A stretch of 60,860 bases of DNA, counting the filler, from Nemertoderma westbladi (lineage: Eukaryota > Animalia > Xenacoelomorpha), in NCBI GenBank assembly GCA_032718475.1. It is 3 parts of 3 records of this genome, joined end to end, with 100 filler letters (N's around TTAATTAATTAA, not from the genome) between each part and the next. Parts side by side here need not be neighbours in the genome. Positions count along the whole stretch, not along the records: positions 1 to 26,988 come from JAUCBJ010001458.1; 2 more parts are not named here. One strand, given 5' to 3'. The position numbers and the translations under genes are program-made. The notes under the pieces were generated by a model. That model ran no database searches. It saw nothing but the letters and a program-made list of their open reading frames with translations, and was not told where the DNA came from. Below, in pieces: positions 13,542 through 24,300 of the stretch (the stretch's first letter is position 1; every line of letters starts with the position of its first letter).

Positions 13542-14285
13542 ATGCCTAGTTATGAAAAATGCATGGTTTGTGATAAAGAAATAAGACGAGACAGTATATC
13601 CCGCCATATGAGTATACATAGAAAGGAAGGTGTAATAGAACCTTCCCCAAAGAAATTAAAAAATAATGATGATATTTTTAGTGAAGAAGAGAACAAAAAG
13701 AGAGTTGAGAGTGATTTTCTAGAGATTAAACAAATGATGAAACATAAATTCGAGAAAATCATGAATATTTTGAAAAATATACAGAAATAGCCACATAGTG
13801 AAAAGGACGATGAGAGTGAGGAAGATGATAAATCAGAGGAAAGTGAGAATGATGAAACGGAGAGTGAGATAGAGAAAGAAGAATATGAGAGTGGTGGTGA
13901 AGAAAATGAGAGCGAGAAAGAAGTCGAGGAACATGAAAGTGGGGAGGAGAATGACTCAGATAATGAGGAGATATTAAGACATGTATTAGGAAATAAAAAT
14001 AAATTGCAGAAAATAATTAGACAATTGAATGAAATGCAGAAACATTCGCATAAGGAGAGTGATAATGATGGAAATGAGAGTGATGAGGATGAATCGGAGG
14101 AGAGTAGCGATGACAGTGAGGAAGAATCAGAGGAGAGTAGCGATGACAGTGAGGAAGCATCAGAGGAGAATGACAATGAAAATGGACAGAAAATCAGAGT
14201 AGGGAATGGAAAAGTTATATCTCCAGCAACTGTTGTATTACGACCTAGGAGTATGAACAGTCGTACAGTTAATGCGAGACATTAA
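13542..14285 (+). pseudogene. Element cargo gene: C2H2 zinc finger + NLS-like motif + D/E/S-rich repeats, 247 codons with one in-frame TAG (13788-13790)
   Basis: CMVCDKEIRRDSISRHMSIH (C-x2-C-x12-H-x3-H) and PSPKKLK. ORFs 13542-13790 and 14004-14285 are in the same frame with no other stop between them. Confidence 0.7.
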
Positions 14286-14484
14286 TTATAACTGAAATAT
14301 TGTATATGTTTGAAATATTTATTATATTTAGTCGTATTAATTATGTAATTTCATAATAATATGCTTAATTAAACAAATAAAGTCAACTTGATCCTATTTT
14401 AAATGCATAATGAATGAGTAACCAAAACATCAAATTAGTTAAACATTTTGACAACAGATAAACAAATATTCTCCTGTGGGGAGA

Positions 14485-15973
14485 AGTGGTAGCTGAAGGT
14501 GAGGCTGTGGCTGACGGTGAGGCTGTGGCTGAGGTTGTGGCTGTGGCTGTGGCTGTGGCTGTGGTTGTGGCTGTGGCTGTGGCTGTGGCTGTGGCTGTGG
14601 CTGTGGTTGTGGCTGTGGCTGTGGCTGTGGTTGTGGCTGTGGTTGTGGCTGTGGCTGTGGCTGTGGCTGTGGCTGTGGCTGTGGCTGTGGCTGTGGCTGT
14701 GGCTGTGGCTGTGGCTGTGGCTGTGGCTGTGGCTGTGGCTGTGGCTGTGGCTGTGGCTGTGGCTGTGGCTGTGGCTGTGGCTGTGGCTGTGGCTGTGGCT
14801 GTGGCTGTGGCTGTGGCTGTGGCTGTGGCTGTGGCTGTGGCTGTGGCTGTGGCTGTGGCTGTGGCTGTGGCTGTGGCTGTGGCTGTGGCTGTGGCTGTGG
14901 CTGTGGCTGTGGCTGTGGCTGTGGCTGTGGCTGTGGCTGTGGCTGTGGCTGTGGCTGTGGCTGTGGCTGTGGCTGTGGCTGTGGCTGTGGCTGTGGCTGT
15001 GGCTGTGGCTGTGGCTGTGGCTGTGGCTGTGGCTGTGGCTGTGGCTGTGGCTGTGGCTGTGGCTGTGGCTGTGGTTGTGGTTGTGGCTGCGGTTGTGGTT
15101 GTGGCTGTGGCTGTGGCTGTGGCTGTGGCTGTGGCTGTGGCTGTGGCTGTGGCTGTGGCTATGGCTGTGGCTGTGGCTGTGGCTGTGGCTGTGGCTGTGG
15201 CTGTGATTGTGGCTGTGGCTGTGGTTGTGGTTGTGGCTGTGGCTATGGCTGTGGTTGTGGCTGTGGCTGTGGCTGTGGCTGTGGTGTGCTGTGGCTTTGG
15301 CTGTTGCTGTGGCTGCGGCTGTGGTTGTGGCATTGGCTGTGGCTGTGGCTGTGGCTGTTGGCTGTGGCTGTGGCTGTGGCTGTGGCTGTGGCTGTGGCTG
15401 TGGTCTGTGGCTGTGGCTGTGGCTGTGGCTGTGGCTGTGGCTGTGGCTGTGGCTGTGGCTGTGGCTGTGGCTGTGGCTGTGGCTGTGGCTGTGGCTGTGG
15501 CTGTGGCTGTGGCTGTGGCTGTGGCTGTTGCTGTTGCTGTGGCTGTGGCTGTGGCTGTGGCTGTGGCTGTGGCTGTGGCTGTGGCTGTGGCTGTGGCTGT
15601 GGCTGTGGCTGTGGCTGTGGCTGTGGCTGTGGCTGTGGCTGTGGCTGTGGCTGTGGCTGTGGCTGTGGCTGTGGCTGTGGCTGTGGCTGTGGCTGTGGCT
15701 GTGGCTGTGGCTGTGGCTGTGGCTGTGGCTGTGGCTGTGGCTGTGGCTGTGGCTGTGGCTGTGGCTGTGGCTGTGGCTGTGGCTGTGGCTGTGGCTGTGG
15801 CTGTGGCTGTGGCTGTGGCTGTGGCTGTGGCTGTGGCTGTGGCTGTGGCTGTGGCTGTGGCTGTGGCTGTGGCTGTGGCTGTGGCTGTGGCTGTGGCTGT
15901 GGCTGTGGCTGTGGCTGTGGCTGTGGCTGTGGCTATGGCTGTGGTTGTGGCTGTGGCTGTGGCTATGGCTGTG
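14485..15973. repeat. (GCTGTG)n hexamer tract in right TIR (~1.5 kb)
   Basis: Direct reading. Reverse complement of the left-arm tract but about six times longer. Confidence 0.97.
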
Positions 15974-16043
15974 GGGAGTGCCTCAGGTCTTAAATCAGAG
16001 TCTTACAAATTCGAACGTTAACGAACAAATTCGAACGTTACTG

Positions 16044-16130
16044 TTCCACCTTGGTGTAGTGGTTGCTTTGAATTCACATCTCCAGTAGTTCGTGGGTTCG
16101 ATCCTCACATGGACCAGGGCAGTTTTCGTT
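16044..16130 (+). ncRNA. tRNA-like Pol III unit (SINE head) in right TIR
   Basis: TTCCACCTTGGTGTAGTGG...GTGGGTTCGATCCTCACATGGACCAGGGCAGTTTT. Related head in the SINE at ~59390-59467 (-). Confidence 0.55.
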
Positions 16131-16918
16131 CGATCAGCAATAGGCCTAACTATACAAAATGTAGTATTATTGCCTAGTAACCAATTCATAGCTACTGTAT
16201 GGTTTTCACTTTGAGACATTTCGCCCTCTAGCGGCAGACTAGGGAACTTCAGACTACTATGTGACTCCGCAAAAACATATAGCCTATATTGTAATAGATA
16301 CCGACTGGGGGGTTAAAATTAAGTAATAATATATCGAAAAAAGTCTCAAACATCTTACCTCATGGCTCGCCCCTCAGAACTCTTAAGCAATATAGCTTCA
16401 TAGTTTTTAAGGAAAACTGGTAAACGAGATTTGTTACTTACGCATATTTCGCAGACTTAAGTAATCAATTATACAGTAGGTTAGATCGTTTTGAGAGTAG
16501 GACCATTGGAAACAGCGCCCTCAAAAACCTCAGTACAAATAAAATTAATAAAGATTAACAGGATATAGCTTGTTATAATAAAACATAAATTATAATACAG
16601 TAGAACAATTAGGGTTGTAAATAAAAACAAATTCAATAAATTGAAGATAAACTGTATATAACATATGTATTAAAAGAGGGCCTTATTTAATTATGTGCGA
16701 TCAGGCGCGCAGGCTGCTTCACAACACAATGTGAAAGAATGCAATCTATTGCAAAACCAGATGTTTATTATAATTTTCTTAGGCGATTTGACAATGGTTT
16801 ACATGATAACGAAGCTGGAGGTTTAAATAATTTAAACTTTGTGGCAGCCCAACGTTGGTATACAGTATAACTCAACATAGGATTCAATGGGGTTAGTCTA
16901 GTCATGCTACGTCTAATA

Positions 16919-17547
16919 CAGTTTCAGTTTTCAGTTTATTTATTTATTTCACTAATATATATATAAAAGTACATACAATATACATAACAAAAAAAAAATT
17001 TCAGTCAAAATTTACGTATTTACAAACAGTTAATTTCCTCGAAATAAGTGCCGGAGCGTTAAGTTTTAAAAGTAATGTGAAATTAAAATTTAACTAAGCA
17101 ATAGTGAAAAGGGCAACACAGCAATATAGCAAAGCTATTACGTGGCTGTACGCCGTTTAGTAGATTATTGACGATTTTAATACAGTACATGTGTTCATTA
17201 GAATTACTACCGTATACGTTATATATAATTAAATTTAAAGCACCGCGTAGAATTATATGAATACATAAAAGTGACGATCCATCTGTACGTAGGCACGACA
17301 TTTGAATTAAAAATTACACACAAGGAGCAAAGTTAAAAATAAACTAAACCCAAATTATAAGTGGATAACGGAATAGACAACAACGTTACTAATACGAGCC
17401 GTTAGCGACACCGCAATGAAAACTGACCAAAGCACCAGACATAGACCCCGCAGTTACAGTTCATTAATTAAGTATTTTTTTAGTTTAGCAGAAAATATGT
17501 TTAATGATTGACATTCTTTAAGTGAAGTAGGCAATAAATTCCACAAA
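16919..17547 (-). mobile_element. 3' end of a CR1/L2-type LINE inserted in the right TIR
   Basis: LWNLLPTSLKECQSLNIFSAKLKKYL C-terminus, AATAAA and (TGAAAC)n tail. Absent from the left TIR. Flanked by AATA duplication (16915-16918, 17548-17551). Confidence 0.8.
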
Positions 17548-17970
17548 AATAAGAGCCCAAACAGCCACAGATTATTGAGGGATTGAACCAGGACCAAACT
17601 GGTCCATTTTATTTTCGTGTGAGGGTAATTTATGTTTTGGGCCCCGCTCGCTTCTTTATATTTCAATCTATCATTCTATTGTATGGCAAAAATAATACAA
17701 ATGTACTGTATATTGTATTGTACAGTGCCTATTGTATTGTATATTTCATCTACTGTAGTACAATCTATTCATCGCGCGTCCCTATCTGATTGATTTATGT
17801 CAAATTAAATTGCCTTTGGCAACATTATTTGATACAAATCGATTGATTAAACAATTAATTAATTGTTTAATCGATCAATTAATTAATTGTTTAATTAATT
17901 AATGACCTACTTAACACCTAAGGTGTGAAGTTGGTCTAACTGTCGCCGAAAAGGGGTTCATCTTACTACT

Positions 17971-18097
17971 CATAATCTTTATGCTCATTGAGTGAATAAG
18001 TATGGTTGACAGCCCATGACCTTCTTGAGAAGCATCTTAAAGGACACTGACCTTGAAGATGCGGATGATCTAGCAAATGCCATTGGTGATAGGGAGT
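17971..18097 (+). mobile_element. Continuation of RTE family A element after the Polinton-like insertion
   Basis: Aligns to 53127-53265 (GAGTGAATAAG...GACAGCCCATGAC...GATAGGGAGT). Confidence 0.85.
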
Positions 18098-18336
18098 TGT
18101 TTAGGGAATTATTACATTTCTTAAATTGAGGCCCTTAGTGTACCATAGGCCTACCAAGTGACTATCTACCTCTAGATGTATGATATATGATATGATACCA
18201 TTAAGAGACTTTATTTTCCCATGCGATGCATTTTATTCATCTCTGAAGGATTCTGAATTCTGTAGTAGTTACTATACGCATTTATTAATTCTAGAATAAA
18301 ATAGCTTGTTCATACATAATACATGGTGACGAGGAT
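18098..18336 (+). mobile_element. Putative Gypsy-type 5' LTR (TGT...ACA, 18098-18323) plus primer-binding site
   Basis: RTE homology stops abruptly at TGT. AATAAA at 18295-18300. ACA is followed by TGGTGACGAGGAT, close to the tRNA-Ser(GCT) PBS TGGCGACGAGGAT. LTR start is approximate. Confidence 0.6.
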
Positions 18337-18389
18337 ATATCAAATTGCAGGAAGTGCGTACATACTAATTTCACTTGATTAATTGCACT

Positions 18390-21059
18390 TAGGAGTTCGT
18401 ACCCTTTCCTACATGTGGTGCCTTCCAGGCACATCCACACCCCTGTTCCTGAGTTCTAGTTCGCTCCTCCCATCTTCGGGAACCATCTGAGTTCTTTGCC
18501 CCTATCGTCATCTTGCCTGGGCCATTTCCTTCCCTCCTGTTTATCCTCCTTGAGGCTCCTCATCCTTGCCGATACCGTCTACTAAGCCCCGTCATTGGTT
18601 CTTTGGGCGCAGGTGTTATCAACTCCCGGTATCGCTTCGCAGGTGGTCCCACTGAGTGTCCCTCATGTTTCCCTCTGGTAGCGTCCCACAGGATCATTTT
18701 CATCGCCCACGACAGGTGCTCCCCCAGAAAGTCCCTGAATTTGATCCTATTTTCTGGTGACCATCTGTCTAGGTATCTCTGAGTGTTAATGACTCCTCCA
18801 TACGATGCCGCTGTCGCTACCTCCTGATACATAAATGGTAGTCTCCTCTTGGTAATCTCCTGGTGGGCTTCCGCGTTGATACTAAAGAAGCCCCACCGGA
18901 ACTCCTGGGTCTTCATCCTTTGTCGTGTCATGACTCCGACGTCGGCCCACTCCTCGAAGATCCGGAACTTCTCCTCGTCGTCCATCCAATCGCACTGCCG
19001 TTCAAAGTGCCCTCGGAAGTTGCACTTTGAGCATCGGTTGTGCAGCCTCAGACATGCACCCATCTTATGGGTCGACTCGCGGCAGTAGAGACAGGCCGTC
19101 CCCTTCTGGAAACGGTACAGACAGCTCTTTTGCTGGTGGGTTAGTCAACCACAGTAATCGCAGCTGTGTACCAATGTGTCCCGCCCCAAGTCGTCCTTGG
19201 CTCCGCGTGGCCTCCTGGGACTATGGAGCCGCTGGTAGGCAAACATCTGGACGCTGTGCTCCCTACACATGTCGATGTCCTCCTGCACCCTCGGCATTGT
19301 TTCCCCAAACACTACCCGTGGTGCCGTTCCCGGTTGCTCGCCCAACGTGATCGTACTCGCCGCGAAATCCATCGCCGGCTCCCCGTGCTCACAGGCCCGC
19401 TTAACAGGTTTGTCCCAGAAGGCCCTCGCCCCGCTGGCCGTCACCACCCTCCCGCCCATCCAGAGTGGCCGATCCTCACTATCGGCGGCATCGCCCCGAA
19501 CTCATCCTCCTCCTCTTCCCCCGCTGGGGGCGCAATTCTCTCTATTGGCGGCATCGCCCCGAACTTGTCCTCTTCTTCCTCTCTCGCCGGGAGTAGATCC
19601 GAACCCGGTAACCCGGTTGATCCACCGTGTCCCTTTCGTCCTTGGTACCCACCCATGACTTACCATCCTTCTAACTCCTTCCGTCTCTTCCTTCCAATGT
19701 CGCCCTCAGAGCCACCTGGCATGGGCATTGCTTGCAATCCCGATATCGACTGTTTCGGTGATTCTTCCATCCATCTCAGCTCGTCCCCAAGAATCTCGCC
19801 TGAGGTCTCCGATCCCCACCTCAGTTCGTCCAGGTCCTGGGCTTTGAACTCATATTCCTCTCCCCTTATATCCGCTTCTCTGCGCACTGCCTCCCTCCTC
19901 TCTCTCTCCTGGCGACCTCCTCTAGTCTCTTCTCCTCGACTCTATCTGCCTCCAGTTTCTTCCATCGCTTGTACGGTGTGTCTACCTCTCTGTCCACTAG
20001 GTGTCGGCTATCGTAGTATACCGACTCACCCTTCAGCCCCGGGTTTTCTACAAGACCTTCAAAGGCCACCTTAAAGGCTCTCCTGTGATTCAGAGGTGCT
20101 CCTGATAGTAGAAATGCCGTTGGCTCTCTGCCGATAACCATGGTAATGAATAGGTTAAATAAACCTATCATTATCCAGTCCTCCTGTAAGGTATATCTCT
20201 TCTGATATACCTTTATCGCTCCCTTTCGGAACTGATATATCTCCTGCTTTCCTGGTCTCGCTCCCCATTTCAGCGAGTACGCAAGTTCTGCTCCGTATTC
20301 TTCCCGGAACTTGCCCCAGTCCATCGGCTTGTGGCAGACGAGGCCCATTAGTTGGCCCATCGCCACGGCTCCGGAATGTCCCGTGTTCTCCACCAATCCC
20401 AACCTCTCTGGTCCCGTCATAGCCATATAGGCTACTTGCATATCCAGGAGATTGGAGGTGTCCGGTCCAATAATCCTATCTGCGTCGTCGCGGATTGCCG
20501 ATCCCACCTTAACTGTGGTTTTCTGCCTCACTAGCTCCTGCACCGCCCTCGGCAACTGGTTCAACTTCGGTCCACTCTTCTTTCCGTAGGTCCCCAGGTC
20601 GAATAGAAAGATATCCCCATTTGGCGCAGCCAAATGCAGTAATATAGTTCTAGCCGATCCCGCCGACCCCCTTCTCGAGCCCTCGTCATCCTCCACAGTC
20701 CCTTCGTCATCTAGGACCATGTACCCACCCCTCTCCATGGAATCTACAAACCTCCTCCACACCTTCCTCGGTGGTTCCCTCGGATAGTTCGGAATCCCGA
20801 ACTTCGCTTCGTCTCCCTTCACTATGTAGCGATAATGTTCAAGGATCGCATTGTCCAACGATGGCGTCCCGTAGGTCCCGACCAGTCGTCGCTCGTGCAT
20901 CTCCCTAAACTGGTCCGGTAGCGCATGCGCTCTGTTACCCTTCCTCAGTAGTTTGTAGTATCCCTTCGTCTTCTCCTACGGATGCCTCTGCGTGAAGTCC
21001 ACTAGTAACTCCTTCCCAGTCTTCTCCGCCTTTATCTTCTTTACCAACCTCTCCACCAT
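18390..21059 (-). pseudogene. DEDDy 3'-5' exonuclease (WRN/EXD/Mut-7-like) fused to charged linker and three CCHC zinc knuckles; several stops and frameshifts
   Basis: YMVLDDEG; LLHLAAPNGDIFLFDL; LPRAVQELVRQKTTVKVGSAIRDDADRI; LLDMQ; YQKRYTLQED. Knuckles CDYCG*LTHQQKSC, CLYCRESTHKMGAC, CSKCNFRGHFERQC. ATG at 21059 is in frame with ORF 19866-20900. 3' end approximate. Confidence 0.75.
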
Positions 21060-21355
21060 CACGAACTTTCCCGCACACACCCAACTGAGGTGGGGGCCTT
21101 ACAAAGGCTCAATTTAAGTTAGGGGCGTTAAACAAGGTGTTAATGTTTCGTTCAATGATGGCCTACGTCCTACATTATGCTTTTCTTGGTATATTTGTAC
21201 AAATATACCCCTCGAAATGCCAATTTCCCTTAATTTGTGAATTTTGTCCATTACTTTAATTATGATTCCAGAATTCCCTCCCCCCAGTTGCTATAATTTA
21301 TTGATTTTCTAATTTTGTTATTATTTATATTCCCCCTTCCTGTGCTATTAATAAC

Positions 21356-24300
21356 TGTCACCGGATTACTTACTTAAGTAACTCATCTACTTGTGTACAG
21401 AGAAGACTAGATGTAATTTTTTTATTACTGCGCTAGCTTCCTACCAGACAGCTTTCTGGCTCTGTAACAATAGCCTATATCTGCACTATGGGCTGTGCGG
21501 TACAGTAGTCTATTTGGTGCGGCCTACACGGTCTATCCTGCTGTACCCACGTGCCACCCTCATCCCTCCGTGGTGCCCTTAGTGACCACAAATTCTACGG
21601 TACTGTGTATCCCTCTACTATGGTATGTGCACATACCCCCCAATTCCTCACATGGCGCCCTCAGAGCCCACAAGTTCTATGGTACTGTGTACCCTTCTAC
21701 TCCGGTATGCGTACATACCCTCCAATTCCTCACATGGCGCCCTCAGTGCCCACAAGTTCTATGGTACTGTGTACCCTTCTACTGCGGTATGCGTACACAC
21801 CCCCCAATTCCTCACGTGGCGCCCTCAGAGCCCACAAGTTCTATGGTACTGTGTACCCTTCTACTGCGGTATGCGTACATACTCCCCAATTCCCCATGTG
21901 GCGCCCTCAGTGCCCACAAGTTCTACGATACGTAAATTAGGTACGTTGGTACATTATTGTACACTTCCGACGTACATAATTCTAACTACCTACTAATATC
22001 TACTATCTACAGCGTTCCTTGGTACTAAGTACTTATTTTATTATTTTGCTTATTATTTTTGTTTTTATGTATGGGAATGGCGTCTTGCCCTCATTCCCAC
22101 CCCCCTCAGTCCAAAATATTGGACGACTAAACTCTAAGACGACCCTTCCAATAGGCAACACTTTCCTACCGCCCTCCTGTAGGTCTTCCTATCTTTGGCC
22201 CCTATCTTTCCTCCGATCCTCACTTCCACTGACCTAATCCTTCCGTCCTCGTCAGGTTAGGTTTCTACTACCCTAGCTAGTCTCCACTGGTTATTGATAA
22301 TTGTGTCATCTGTGACAATTATCAAGTCACCCTTCTTTAGTTCCCTGTGACTGTTCCTCCATTTGCTCCTCTTATGTAGAGTTGGAAGGTACTCTTGTAT
22401 CCACCTTGTCCAATACTCTGCGCTTATTATTATGGCGACTTTCCAACTTTGACGCAAATGTATGTCATCTGGATCTACACTTCGCATGTCAATCATCGCC
22501 GGCCTCTCCATGAGTAAATGAGCTGGTGTTAGGACATCCAGTGATTCCGGGTCGTCATTCTCGGGGTATAGCGGTCGGCTATTAATAATCCCCTCACATT
22601 TCGCTAACACCGTCCTCCGTGACCATATGGTTGTTCATGAGTTTGGTCATCAGTAGTTTGGAGCTTCCCACAAGCCGCTCCACATACCCTAATGTATGTG
22701 GCGCGTATGTTGTTCTCCTCTCCCACCTTATAAGGTGTTTCCTCATTGCCGCCCTGACATCGTATCCCTCCAGGATGTCGAGGGCCTCGGCTAACTCGTT
22801 CTCCGCGCCCACGAAGTTAGTCCCGTTATCTGAAAATAACACCTCAACCATCCCTCTCCTGCGGGATGCAGACCTCTCTAGATAACTGGGCTGTTGTTGT
22901 TTACCACCCTGGAACTCATCACCAGGATCCCGTCATCGTCCAATTGCGGCGACAGCGCGTTGAGTTCGCTGTCTTGAGAAAGGCGCTGTTGCTTGCTGAC
23001 TTGACTCTGTTCACTTCGTCCGCGTACCCCTTCCTTTGCTCATATCGTATCACGGCTTTGGCCACCCCTTCCAGATCGATAGTGGGTCTCGTTTTGGTAT
23101 CTTTGCCAACTCCCCTGAGGAAATCTCCGTAGGCCCTCAAATATGCTACCAGCTTCTTAGTCTTATACCAGCTGGAGCTGTAACTGAGCAACCTATCCGT
23201 TTGGTTGTCATATGATTCTCTCGGTTTTGGTGGCGCCTCCTTAATCTCCCTCGCCAATTGGCTGTATATTTCTTCCCCCTCCGACTCCTCTCCCTCTTCT
23301 TCTACTGCTACTTCCTCCGCACCTGGGTTTATCTTCCTCATTGGTGGCCAACTCGACTTAACATTAAGGAAGTGCGGCCCTTGCTGCCACAACTCCTGCT
23401 TTCTCGAGAAAGAGTGGCGTACAACGCCCCTCGATAGCAGCTGGATAATCTGCTGTATTGTCGTCGGTTGGGCGGTGGTGCCACTTCTCCAGATCGGTCA
23501 TTGCCCTTATCTTGTCTACCCTGTTTGCCATAAATATAGGGTAATGTGTCTTCTCATTGGGTACCCACCCTAACACTACCATGGAATCCGTCCAGTAGTG
23601 CGTCTCCACTATGCTGGGTATGGTATCCATCAAGTATGCTGTCGCCCTTACCCCTAATCTCGCAGCTGTTAGCTCGAGTTTCGGCACCGATGCTGAATCT
23701 GGTGGCGTCGACTTCGCTTTACTAAACGCAAGCCTGGGCTTATGAGCCCCCTTCCGCTGTACCAAATAAAGTGCCGCTCCATATGCTTCCAAGGATGCGT
23801 CGGAAAACATATGCAGGTCCAGATTAGTCATGTCTCCGTCCAGGAAGTATACGCATGGCATACTGTATGTCCCCATCTCCTCTAGGCTCCCCATCTACTT
23901 GTTCCACTGTCTACTTATCTCCTCCGGGATCTCCGCATCCTGATCGTCCTTCAACTTATACACCTTCATTAGTATTTGTTTCCCCGTGACTAACAATGGG
24001 GATGACAGGCCTAGGGGGCCGTATATCCTCACTATGTGCGACACATAGCCTCATTTGGTATGGATTTCGGCACCCTCTTGACTTAGTTGATACTCCAACT
24101 CATCCGTTTCCCGGTTCCATACAATCCCTAGCGCCTTTTGCTGCGACTCCATCCTCTTATCTGCCATAATCTGTCCCTTTGCCATTGTGAAGTTGTCCAT
24201 CATTGTCACTGGTCATTTATCTTATATGGCCTCCATAAATTCCTTGGAGTTGGACTGTAATTTTGTGAGGTTGAATCCCAATCCTTTTAGGATATCGCAA

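Larger units (their letters stand above)
11698..17970. mobile_element. Non-autonomous Polinton/Maverick-like DNA element, 6273 bp, very long TIRs, 6-bp TSD
   Basis: Ends AGTAGTAA.../...TTACTACT. TSD CATAAT at 11692-11697 and 17971-17976. Left arm 11698-~13303 is the reverse complement of ~14483-17970 apart from a microsatellite expansion and a LINE insert. No polymerase, integrase or capsid ORF. Confidence 0.8.

Noticed and set aside
13550-14176. Ser/Leu-rich minus-strand ORF
   Set aside because: Antisense shadow of the acidic cargo gene.
14383-16088. Poly-VA, WL, CG and TA ORFs (antifreeze-like appearance)
   Set aside because: Translations of the (GCTGTG)n tract inside a TIR.
16044-16116. 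Bona fide tRNA genes here and at 3601, 35158, 36536, 54600
   Set aside because: Acceptor and anticodon stems are degenerate and the units are embedded in SINEs or TIRs.
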